Shown here in pieces: positions 10,209-18,690 of a DNA stretch of 64,000 nt. The notes beneath the pieces were generated by a model. The model was not told the origin of the DNA. It saw only the letters and a list, made by a program, of their open reading frames with translations, and did no database searches. Origin of the DNA: an uncultured Gammaproteobacteria bacterium (GTDB taxonomy: Bacteria > Patescibacteriota > Patescibacteriia > JACQRZ01). The stretch spans positions 4,991 to 68,990 of the forward strand of contig CAZUKY010000005.1 of NCBI GenBank assembly GCA_964621085.1, in the 5' to 3' direction. The translations under genes were made by a program, and so were the position numbers. Within the stretch, counting starts at the first letter, position 1. The number at the start of each line of letters is the position of its first letter.

Positions 10209-10564
10209 TGGTGGAGATGGCGGGAGTCGAACCCGCGTGTCTCAGAGTTTTTCGTACCATCGTCTACGAACGTGTCTCCTTTCTTCAAAGGAGCAAAGCA
10301 GCGCTGCTATGGATCAGCGCATCCCCCTTCAGAAATTCGCTCTGGAGGGAACGGCTCAGCACGTTATCTTGAGATCTGACCGCCGTGCCAGCAATCAGAT
10401 CCGCATCCTCTCCTTAACGTCATTTTGGCGTACGAGGTGCTCCACCAATGACGGGGTGGCTTAGGCCGCCGCGGTTGTTTTTTTGAGCCTGATTTTACGG
10501 GATCGGACTCACTCCCGGCTCGCAGATGATACGCCTCGCTCAAGAGCGAAACCGTTACATCCCC
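10209..10564 (-). ncRNA. ssrA: tmRNA (SsrA), one-piece, CCA encoded
   Basis: 5' GGGGATGTAACGGTTTCG and 3' GCGGGTTCGACTCCCGCCATCTCCACCA; acceptor stem with the G3:U70 alanine identity pair; T-arm GGTTCGACTCC. Confidence 0.85.
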
Positions 10565-11109
10565 TCACGCACCAGTGCCGGCGCTGGGGCGAGAGGGAGT
10601 GTCCGATTCGTCGATGCGCATCAAAGACAACCCTTCTTCAGATGACAAACACGGAATCATCTGAAGAAGAGGCGCAACCTGATGGGAGTTGCGCGTAGTA
10701 CCTGCTCACTGGCCGACCGTTGGTCGGTTTCACACGCTGTGGGCGGGTAGTCGCCCCTGGTTTACCTGCACCAGAAGGACGTTGGCACGTCACCGTTTCC
10801 CGGCACACGTCGGGCGCCCCTTCGATCGTCATGAATGTGTGGACTCAGACGCAGCCGCAGTCACAGCCTCAGACGAGCTCCTCCCCGCAGACCCAGACAC
10901 AGGCTGGTATCCATGGGTGCGGGAGTCGCTCCGAGATGTGAGGCGGAGCCGTCTGGCTCAGCATCATTCATCAGGCGCAAGAAGCGCCCAATGCCATCTT
11001 GTGACATGACGACCGAAGGGTGGCGCTTCGAGCCCATCCGCGAGACGAACATCCTTCTCGGTGTTCGTCTCGTGTCAGGCTCTCCGCACCCAAGCCCGGG
11101 TGTGGCCGC

Positions 11110-12051
11110 CTACTCCGTGCGGACCTGCAGACCTGCAATCTCTTGCAGGGCCTGCTGGCGCAGCGTTTCGGCGGCCGACCGGAGGCGCTCCATCTCCAGC
11201 TCGTAGGCTTTCACCTCGAGCTGGTAGGCCCCGAATTCGGCTTGGTAGCGACGCTCATGCGCGAGGTTGTACTCGCGCACGGCGTCCTTGATCTGCTTCC
11301 GACAGCTGTTCAGCCGCTTCTGCAGATCGTCGTACCGCGCCTGGAGCTCGTCGCGCATGCGCGAGAGCCCCTCCAGGGCCCCGGAGTCGTACGCCCGCTC
11401 CCACGTGGTGATGATCACCCCGTTTTGGGTCGGCTGCTCGCTGCCTTTCGGCAAGGGAGCGGCCAACTTGCGGAAGAAGGCGCCGTTCTCCGAGAGGAGC
11501 TTTCCGATCGCCGCGGCCCGACTGTTCAGTCCGATCGCCTCTTGCCAGAAGGCGAAGTCGAACTGCGCGAGCACCTCGGGGCTCAGGTTCTCGATCATCT
11601 CATCGATGCTCGAGAGGTCCATGAACCTTCTGGTGTCACAGGTCGAGCCGCTCTTGGGCGCGGCTGGCTGCTGCGGACGCTGAGGCATGGCCTCGGCCAC
11701 GAAGGGCCGGAGGTCCATGGTCTCGAGCGCGTCGCGCAGCCGCTGATGCAGCTTGAGGCCGTGCATCAGCGTCGCCGTCTCGGCGTTGCGCTCGGCAACC
11801 GCGTCGACCCCCCGAAGCTCCTCGGGAGTGACGGTGGTGCCGCGCAGCGCGCGAGGCGAGCTGTCGCCGCCGCCCAGGAAGGAAACCGCCTTGACGAACA
11901 CCCCGGCGATCGCATCGTCGATCAAGCTCCAGAACCCGTCGTTCTTTTGCTTGTTCTCCGCCTGGATCCGTCCCACCTGGGACACCGAGGTGCCCGCGGG
12001 GGCGAGGAAGGTGGTGACGAGAGCGCCGAAGATCTTCGTGAGGCTTTCCAT
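11110..12051 (-). CDS. Hypothetical protein (313 aa) with a C-terminal coiled-coil, in a high-GC island
   Basis: SD AAGGAG 7 nt upstream; very high GC3 codon usage; the opposite-strand ORF is an R/L/G/H-rich shadow. Confidence 0.6.
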   Translation of the reverse strand: MESLTKIFGALVTTFLAPAGTSVSQVGRIQAENKQKNDGFWSLIDDAIAGVFVKAVSFLGGGDSSPRALRGTTVTPEELRGVDAVAERNAETATLMHGLKLHQRLRDALETMDLRPFVAEAMPQRPQQPAAPKSGSTCDTRRFMDLSSIDEMIENLSPEVLAQFDFAFWQEAIGLNSRAAAIGKLLSENGAFFRKLAAPLPKGSEQPTQNGVIITTWERAYDSGALEGLSRMRDELQARYDDLQKRLNSCRKQIKDAVREYNLAHERRYQAEFGAYQLEVKAYELEMERLRSAAETLRQQALQEIAGLQVRTE

Positions 12052-12302
12052 TTTCTTACTCCTTCTCTGAGGGTTGCTCGGACAGCACAGACCGTTTCTG
12101 CGCTATTTTCCCCTCTCCTAAAACCGCAAGTGCTGCGGACTTAAGAGAGGGGTGCCACCCCTCAGGAGATCGCTTGAAAGAAAAGAACAAAGGGTTTCCC
12201 CTTCTTCCGATGTCTTTTTTGAAGACAGCGAAAGAAGAGGGTGCAAGTGTGTCTTGCACCTTTTGCGCGATTCTCCTTTCTTTGCGTGCGACGTGGCGGC
12301 GA

Positions 12303-12506
12303 TCACCGGTGCTTCCCCGATCCTGATGGCGTCAGGATGAAGAAGCGCGGCATCTTCCGCTCTGCCTTGTTGGCAACGGCTACCCATCGCCGGTACTCCG
12401 CCTCGGTCATGCCCAGCTGGTTGAGGGCCTCTGAGAGCGTTTCCGGGGCGACGAGCTTCCCCGTCCACGACCGCCCGACGACGGCTTTGGCTTGGCTATT
12501 GGTCAT
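12303..12506 (-). CDS. Hypothetical small protein (67 aa), first gene of the island operon
   Basis: SD AAAGGAG 8 nt upstream of ATG; high-GC composition like the downstream 313-aa gene. Confidence 0.5.
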   Translation of the reverse strand: MTNSQAKAVVGRSWTGKLVAPETLSEALNQLGMTEAEYRRWVAVANKAERKMPRFFILTPSGSGKHR

Positions 12507-12757
12507 TGGGCATGCTCCTTTCGTATCTGCCCCCGATCGAATCTCCTCCTCAAGGACTCGATTCTGTCAACCAACATCCGGCAGTCTAGCATAGTTGAGA
12601 TATTATGTCAAGTATTTACTTTAAATAATTTATAGTAATCTTTAATTTAATTATAAATATAACGAAAAAAATATGACATATAGTCATATTATTTCTTTAT
12701 AATACAATTTCATACTGGGGAATATTCCTCAATATGTCATTTTCTTCTAACGGATAC

Positions 12758-12786
12758 TTGACAATATCGAACTGATCTGCTATGCT
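12758..12786 (+). promoter_or_regulatory. Near-consensus sigma70 promoter
   Basis: TTGACA (12758-12763), 17 nt, TATGCT (12781-12786), at the end of an AT-rich tract. Confidence 0.55.
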
Positions 12787-12792
12787 TATACG

Positions 12793-13116
12793 GTCACTGG
12801 ATAGCGGTATTCGCCAAATCACCGGCGACACCGCTGAATGCGAGCCCAGAAAGGAGGAACTTTATGGGCTCTTCCGAAGGGTAGGGGTAAATAACCCCTA
12901 GTCTCTCCGAACGCGCTCCTCTCGCGTTTCGGGTACAGAGATCCACGTACGACACATCGGTCGAGAAATGCCGGAGAACTTCGGCATGCCGAGCGTCATG
13001 CTCACTACTCGACCGCAAACTCGGTTTCCGTTCCACTGCAGAGAGGAGGAATGCAATGGGCTGTGGGAACTGATCCCCTTTGGGGGCGCCAAGCTGCCGC
13101 GTTAGTGCAGCTTTTT
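12793..13116 (+). ncRNA. Candidate structured noncoding transcript, unassigned class
   Basis: About 320 nt with nested hairpins, two SD-ATGGGCT micro-ORFs (6 and 5 codons) and a hairpin + T5 terminator; convergent with TrmB paralog 2. Confidence 0.3.
13091..13116. terminator. Intrinsic terminator, likely bidirectional
   Basis: AAGCTGC-loop-GCAGCTT followed by TTTTT on the + strand; lies just past the TrmB2 stop on the minus strand. Confidence 0.6.
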
Positions 13117-13137
13117 ACTTTGTGCAATAAGTGCGGA

Positions 13138-13890
13138 TTAGTCCGAGGGAAATTTCTTTGCGGTCTCTGTTGCAAGTTTAAAAAGAATGCGGAGGGTTTG
13201 CGCCAGGGCTTCATTCTCAATAATCACGGATTGGATCCCTCCCTTTACCGATACGAGAGAAATCTTATTTTTATAGATAAGCACGTCTGTCCCGAAGTTC
13301 CCGTATTCTTTTGGCAAGTAGTGGCGAATCGAGCGCGCACTTCTGCCCTTTGGCGCACCCGTAAGCAGGCCATGGAAAGAAATGGTCTTGTTTTCTAAAA
13401 GTTTTTTTCGGATCAGGGAAACATCTGTTTCGTCAAAAATGGCATAAATGGCATCGAGGTCGGCGATCTCGTAAATGATTTCATTGTCGGTGGTTGACGC
13501 CATGTCCATGAATACCTGCATAGCACCCTCCTTGCCGTCATACACGCGGACCGATGTTTGTTGGGTGGCCTTTTTAAGCTTCAACTCAGGAAGAAGCTCT
13601 TTCAAATCTGACTCGAACTGCGACAGCTCGTGCGCCTTGCGGCTGATATATTGCCCGATTTTTTCGGGATCGTCGACGACGTAGTATTTTTTCTTTCCTC
13701 GTGTAACACTGGACATCAGTCCTTTATTCGCCAAAGACTCTACGGCAACATATGTCGCTTGCCGAGAGAGTTGCGTGTATTTGGCAAGATCAATAATACT
13801 GGTAGTCCCTCTTTCAAGGGCAACAAGATACGTCTTAATCTCACTTTCGAGAAATCCGAGCGACTTGAGTAGAGAGTGAATGGTCTGCAT
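13138..13890 (-). CDS. TrmB-family transcriptional regulator (paralog 2)
   Basis: Aligns along its full length with the 7799-8545 product (same HTH, same C-terminal domain). Confidence 0.8.
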   Translation of the reverse strand: MQTIHSLLKSLGFLESEIKTYLVALERGTTSIIDLAKYTQLSRQATYVAVESLANKGLMSSVTRGKKKYYVVDDPEKIGQYISRKAHELSQFESDLKELLPELKLKKATQQTSVRVYDGKEGAMQVFMDMASTTDNEIIYEIADLDAIYAIFDETDVSLIRKKLLENKTISFHGLLTGAPKGRSARSIRHYLPKEYGNFGTDVLIYKNKISLVSVKGGIQSVIIENEALAQTLRILFKLATETAKKFPSD

Positions 13891-13922
13891 AGATCGATAC
13901 GTTCATTTTCGTATGAATCCTA

Positions 13923-14369
13923 TCAGGAAGCATAAAGAATCTCAAATGTGATATGGATCGCGTCGGTGGGCACGATATCGCGGACTCGCTCGGGCCACTC
14001 GATAAACGTTACGGTGTCCGGACTGCCCAGATAATCCACTGCGCCGATCGCGGCGAGTTCGGCTCCTGACGAGAGCCGGTACGCATCGATGTGGCACAGG
14101 GAAAGTCGCTCCCCACGGTAGGTTTTCATGAGAACAAATGTCGGGCTTGTGACGGTCTCGTGCACGCCCAGGGCATGAGCGCATGATTGGACAAAGGTCG
14201 TCTTGCCCGATCCTAGATTTCCGGAAAGCGCGACGATCTCTCCGCCCCGGAGCGTCGAAACGAAACTGCGCGCGAGCGCAACAGTATCCTGAAGCGACGC
14301 AGCCTCGTGCGCCTTCTCTTCGCCGGCGTGCTTGATCGTAATAAGCCGCTTATGCGGATGTTTTTCCAT
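13923..14369 (-). CDS. tsaE: tRNA t6A37 biosynthesis ATPase TsaE
   Basis: P-loop GNLGSGKTT; YjeE-like size; overlaps the tsaD stop. Confidence 0.85.
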   Translation of the reverse strand: MEKHPHKRLITIKHAGEEKAHEAASLQDTVALARSFVSTLRGGEIVALSGNLGSGKTTFVQSCAHALGVHETVTSPTFVLMKTYRGERLSLCHIDAYRLSSGAELAAIGAVDYLGSPDTVTFIEWPERVRDIVPTDAIHITFEILYAS

Positions 14370-15414
14370 ACAGCGTCCAGTTAGGGTCTGCAGAAAGTTT
14401 TTCCCACGGCGTAAAAAGTTTCTTCTCTGCGCGGAAATACCCGGCCAATGCGATCATTACCGCATTATCCGTACAGTAGCCAAGACTCGGATAATAATAC
14501 GAGACTCCGGGCAGAGTGCGAGTCACCGCTTCCCCAAGCGCAGCGCGCAGCTGCCGATTCGCAACCACGCCGCCCCCGAGCACGATCGAACGAACGCGCT
14601 CTCGTCCGGCCGCGCGGATCGTCTTTGCAACCAGAACATCGGTGACCGCACTCTCGAACTCGGCACAGATGTCGGCAATCGCTTTCTTGGTAAACTTTTT
14701 TTCTTTTTTCATACGTTCGACAAGATAGAGCACGGCGGTCTTGAGGCCGCTAAAGCTGAACGCGTCGTCGCCCGAGTCGATCATCGGCCGAGGCAAGTGA
14801 AAGACGCCCGGACGCCCCTTTTGCGCCCAGCGGGAAATCTCGGGACCGCCGGGGTAGCCGAGCCCCATGATCTTTGCCGCCTTGTCAAACGCCTCTCCTG
14901 CCGCGTCGTCGCGGGTCGCTCCCAGCAGCCGATACTTCCCATGAGATTTCATGTGGTTCAGCTCTGTATGGCCGCCTGAGACCACCAGCGCCAGCGCGGG
15001 AAAAGCGATGTCAGAGTGCTCCATCCAGTTTGCAATGATATGGCCCTCGATATGATTGACGGACACGAGCGGCTTTTTCCAAAGATAGGCAAGCGTCCGC
15101 GCCGTCTCGACGCCGACCAACAGCGACGTGACCAGTCCCGGACCGGCAGTTACCGCGATCACATCTGGTTTCACCCCACCAAGCGCCTTCTCGATGACCG
15201 GAACGATCTTGAGAATGTGATTGCGCGCGGCACCCTCAGGCACGACCCCGCCGGTTTTCGCATGAATCTTCACCTGCGATGCCACAACGTTTGACCGCAA
15301 GACAAAACGCCCACGCTTCACTTCCAACAGCGCGGCAGCTGTCTCGTCACACGAGCTTTCAATGCCAAGGATTTTCATACATATAAAGCAGTACGAGTGT
15401 ATCAGTGTTTGCAT
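14350..15414 (-). CDS. tsaD: tRNA N6-adenosine threonylcarbamoyltransferase TsaD
   Basis: Kae1/Gcp family; MKILGIESSCDETAAAL start motif (true start probably the internal Met at about 15378). Confidence 0.9.
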   Translation of the reverse strand: MQTLIHSYCFICMKILGIESSCDETAAALLEVKRGRFVLRSNVVASQVKIHAKTGGVVPEGAARNHILKIVPVIEKALGGVKPDVIAVTAGPGLVTSLLVGVETARTLAYLWKKPLVSVNHIEGHIIANWMEHSDIAFPALALVVSGGHTELNHMKSHGKYRLLGATRDDAAGEAFDKAAKIMGLGYPGGPEISRWAQKGRPGVFHLPRPMIDSGDDAFSFSGLKTAVLYLVERMKKEKKFTKKAIADICAEFESAVTDVLVAKTIRAAGRERVRSIVLGGGVVANRQLRAALGEAVTRTLPGVSYYYPSLGYCTDNAVMIALAGYFRAEKKLFTPWEKLSADPNWTLYGKTSA

Positions 15415-15498
15415 GGCCGGACAAGGTCCAAACCGCCAACTCTCTCTTGACGAACGAGGATTTTTGCCCTACAATCAGTATCATTGATTCATCACTCT

Positions 15499-15570
15499 GG
15501 CCTCATCGTCTAGTGGTTAGGACGACAGGTTTTCATCCTGTAAACCGGGGTTCGATTCCCCGTGGGGCTA
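15499..15570 (+). tRNA. tRNA-Glu (anticodon TTC)
   Basis: Cloverleaf with anticodon loop TTTTCAT, T-loop TTCGATT and acceptor GGCCTCA/TGGGGCT; CCA not encoded. Confidence 0.85.
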
Positions 15571-15630
15571 TGAAAGGAAACTTCTCAAACGCGAGAGGTT
15601 TCTTTTCGTTTATGGCGACTGATGCTACCT

Positions 15631-15661
15631 TTGAAAAAGGTAAAAAAGATAAAATTATATC
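15631..15661 (+). promoter_or_regulatory. Candidate promoter with an overlapping Fur-box-like palindrome
   Basis: TTGAAA, then about 18 nt, then TTATAT; GATAAAATTATATC at 15648-15661 resembles a GATAAT-type Fur box. Confidence 0.3.
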
Positions 15662-15709
15662 GAAGAACTTCTCGCCTGCTATGACATCCAACTCAACACA
15701 CTTCCTGCA

Positions 15710-16159
15710 TTGCCTTCGCGTATGAAAATCTCGCATAAAAATGAAGAATTAGCAGCACTTCTGAAAACCGCGGGGTTTCGGGTAACCCATGGCGCATTAG
15801 CCGTTTTGGAAGTTTTGTCAGGCAGCTCGCGGCCGCTGACCGTTCAGGATATCGAGAAAAAGCTTGGAAAAAACCTTAATACGGCAACGGTGTACCGCAT
15901 GCTTGAGAGATTAAAGAAAGCCGGGATCATTCGCCATGTCGACTTTCTCCATGGGCATGCCCATTATGAGATGAATGACAAGGATCACCATCACCTCGTC
16001 TGCTCGATCTGCACTACGGTTGAGGAACTTGAAGGATGCATGATCGAGGACTTGGAACGGAAAGTGGCAAAATCAAGCAAGACTTTTTTGTCGGTAACCG
16101 GACATTCGCTGGAATTTTTTGGCGTGTGCAAAAAATGCGCAACACGTAAAGCGCTATAA
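15710..16159 (+). CDS. Fur-family metal-responsive transcriptional regulator
   Basis: N-terminal HTH; HHHLVC...C and CxxC metal-site motifs. Confidence 0.8.
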   Translation: MPSRMKISHKNEELAALLKTAGFRVTHGALAVLEVLSGSSRPLTVQDIEKKLGKNLNTATVYRMLERLKKAGIIRHVDFLHGHAHYEMNDKDHHHLVCSICTTVEELEGCMIEDLERKVAKSSKTFLSVTGHSLEFFGVCKKCATRKAL

Positions 16160-16213
16160 AAAACAAACCCGGCCGCGCGTTGCGCGTGCCGGATTGGCGT
16201 AAAGAACAAATTT

Positions 16214-16684
16214 TCAGTAGACAAAGACTATCTGGTCGCTGCGCCACGGGCGCAGCCGGATGACGCTGTCACAAATAAGGCTATGAGGCGCATCTGGAAT
16301 GTGTAGCCGCATCCCTACAAACATCGCCCGCAACTCCGCATCCGGATCAAAGAAGTACACTGCCGGTTCCGGATGCAGCGGCACGTCCTGGCCACGGGCC
16401 AGAAGGTCGTCCACGCGCTGAGTATACTTATTGAGAAGCCACGTGCGAACGGCATGCGACGGGGGTACGCCGAGACGGCGGCACGTCTGGTCATATGCGC
16501 TCCGCGAGCCGGAAAGCTCAAGCATTCCTTGAATGTGCACCGTCGCCGTAAAGCGCAGCCCAGCAACCGAAAACTGCTCGTTGGGCCTTGAAAGAAGTAC
16601 CGGAATTGGCCTTCCCGATTGCGTCATACCGATAGCCGCGGCCGCCATGATCGCGATCCAGCCCGCCAACGCCATGTCTCTCAT
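16214..16684 (-). CDS. Hypothetical secreted protein
   Basis: N-terminal signal-like hydrophobic segment; hairpin terminator between it and the convergent fur-family gene. Confidence 0.45.
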   Translation of the reverse strand: MRDMALAGWIAIMAAAAIGMTQSGRPIPVLLSRPNEQFSVAGLRFTATVHIQGMLELSGSRSAYDQTCRRLGVPPSHAVRTWLLNKYTQRVDDLLARGQDVPLHPEPAVYFFDPDAELRAMFVGMRLHIPDAPHSLICDSVIRLRPWRSDQIVFVY

Positions 16685-16974
16685 CGTCTCCTTTCTGCAC
16701 TGCGCACTAGCGAGAGTATAGCGCCCGCAGAATAAAAAAAGAAGGGCTGATCTTTCCTATGCGCCTTTTCGTTTTTTCTCCTCATCCGTGCGGACCTTGG
16801 AACGCTTCCGTTTTGTTTTGCCGTACCAATACTTTTCCTTGCGCCCCTCAGCCCACCAGAGCCAACGCTTAAGGTACGAGGGTATGCGTTTCCGAGACAT
16901 ATGAAGGCATATGTAAGATATACGTGAATCGGGCACGTATATATGAAGGAGCGTACCGACGCACTTCATCTGCT

Positions 16975-18186
16975 ATGGGAAAATACAGCATCAAAGACAT
17001 CGTCCGGCCGTTTGGCGATCAGGCCGTCTGCACACCGGAAACGCCGCTCGGAACAGCCGCCGACCTGGTACGCACGAGCTTCGAACCGATCTTTGTTTTT
17101 CGTGAATTGCCGCTCAGAGGAGCGCCGCACGGCCTGGTCGGCATCATTTCCATGTACGACGCGCTGTATCTGAAAGAAATGGCGCGCACAACGCGCGCAG
17201 AACACGCCTGCTTTCCTCCTCCGCACCTGACGGCACGCTCAAGCGCATACGATGTTGCCGCCGAGATGGTTGCCCGCCGATTGAACGTGCTGCCCGTTTT
17301 TTCAGACAACGGAGAGATTGGCGGTATTGTTGCGGCTGCCGATCTTGTTCGCGCATTCCTGCCGACAGAACTCGGCGCGCGAACGCTCATGGCGCTTCAA
17401 CCGGAAGAAGCCGTCGCGATTCCATACGAGAGCTGCGTGAAGGATGCCTTTCATGCGCTTCGCGACCGCGGCATTTCGGAAGTCCTTGTGCTTGCGGAAA
17501 ACGGCGCCGTTGCTGGCATCGTCTCACGCGAAGACATCATCAAAGCGCGCGCGAAACCCACGGCTCGCCAGCGGCATACGTCTCGCGGCAACAAAGAAGA
17601 ATTCCCAAAGGAAGAATTCTACGGTACCGAGTTCGTGTCGCAGGACTACTATCCTCTGCGGCGCTACTACCAACCGGCCGTTTCCGTGGAACGGGATTCG
17701 GAGCCAACCTACGAGCACCTGGCTGACTATATTCATAAACTGACCGAGACACCCTATTCGAATCTCGTCCTCATCGACAGGGATGCACGCCCGCGCGAGC
17801 TGATAACCTACCAGGATATTCTTGAAGCGATCCTCCGAAGCCGGCCAACCGTCGAGATTCCCATACTCGTCCACGACCAGCGGGAACGGTTCAGTGCCAT
17901 CGAGCGCGACCGTATCCTTGAAGTCATGGAATCGTTTTACGAGTCGTATCACCGCCGTACGCCCATGGATCATATCGTCATCAGCTTTGAGGAGTCGCGC
18001 ACGCCCAGCAAGACGATCCGTGCGATCCAAGTGACGATAAAAGCCATCTTGAAGTCCGGACGCGTGATGGTCACGAGGTCCGAACGGCACGACGCCATGA
18101 CCGCCTTCCGCGACTCGTTCAAGGAGATCAAAGCGCAGCTCGACCGATTGCACGGCAAGATTCAAGAACATGCTATCGATAAGTGA
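16975..18186 (+). CDS. CBS-domain protein fused to a C-terminal HPF/RaiA-like ribosome-associated factor domain
   Basis: Four CBS-like repeats in the first 300 aa. The last 110 aa align with the hibernation-promoting factor fold (HIVISFEESR...DAMTAFRDSFKEIKAQLDRLHGKIQ). Confidence 0.7.
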   Translation: MGKYSIKDIVRPFGDQAVCTPETPLGTAADLVRTSFEPIFVFRELPLRGAPHGLVGIISMYDALYLKEMARTTRAEHACFPPPHLTARSSAYDVAAEMVARRLNVLPVFSDNGEIGGIVAAADLVRAFLPTELGARTLMALQPEEAVAIPYESCVKDAFHALRDRGISEVLVLAENGAVAGIVSREDIIKARAKPTARQRHTSRGNKEEFPKEEFYGTEFVSQDYYPLRRYYQPAVSVERDSEPTYEHLADYIHKLTETPYSNLVLIDRDARPRELITYQDILEAILRSRPTVEIPILVHDQRERFSAIERDRILEVMESFYESYHRRTPMDHIVISFEESRTPSKTIRAIQVTIKAILKSGRVMVTRSERHDAMTAFRDSFKEIKAQLDRLHGKIQEHAIDK

Positions 18187-18234
18187 CGGGCTGCCTCTTG
18201 ACTGTGCGTCGCTGCACAGATAGAGTTCCCTCAC

Positions 18235-18567
18235 ATGCGCAGCACTATGAAAAAAAACACAATAAAAAAAATCGAGGTGTGCCACGGACCGACCTGTGGG
18301 CCGAATGGTGCGAATGAGATTCAACGCAAAATCTCAGAAGCATTCAAGGGCAGCGGAACAGAAGTTATCGGGCGCGGCTGTTGCGGACGATGCCAGTTCA
18401 ACAATACCATCGTTGCGGACGGCCAGCCGATCAGCAAGCTTTCCCCTAAAACGGTTCAAGAAAAATTCGTCGACGACCCGGATACTGCCATCGCAGCCGC
18501 GCGAGAGACAGACGCGGAGATACTCAAGGAACTGGATGCGTTTCTCAGGAACGACTCGGTCTATTAA
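18235..18567 (+). CDS. Thioredoxin-like [2Fe-2S] ferredoxin family protein
   Basis: Cys ligand pattern VCHGPTCGPNGA ... CCGRC. Confidence 0.55.
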   Translation: MRSTMKKNTIKKIEVCHGPTCGPNGANEIQRKISEAFKGSGTEVIGRGCCGRCQFNNTIVADGQPISKLSPKTVQEKFVDDPDTAIAAARETDAEILKELDAFLRNDSVY

Positions 18568-18690
18568 AACTCCTCGCGGTTTTCCTCTCCATGGAGGTAC
18601 CGTTATCCACACCGCAGCAAAGTGTGGTATACTTTAGACAGTTATCGCGAATTTTTTCGCGCCTCTTTTCTCGCAGCGCACACGCCGCAT

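Noticed and set aside
10638-11052. Small minus-strand ORFs (63-64 aa) in the island tail
   Set aside because: No RBS at sensible spacing. The region contains low-complexity hexamer repeats and is GC-rich enough to generate spurious ORFs.
11020-12144. 374-aa + strand ORF
   Set aside because: Arg/Leu/Gly/His-rich shadow ORF antisense to the SD-preceded 313-aa minus-strand gene in a high-GC segment.
13051-13398. 115-aa + strand ORF
   Set aside because: Starts inside the candidate ncRNA, reads through an intrinsic terminator and runs antisense to the TrmB paralog; treated as spurious.
16757-16969. 70-aa hyper-basic minus-strand ORF
   Set aside because: No SD; lies in the divergent promoter region of the CBS-HPF gene; composition resembles a frame artefact of an A/G-rich tract.
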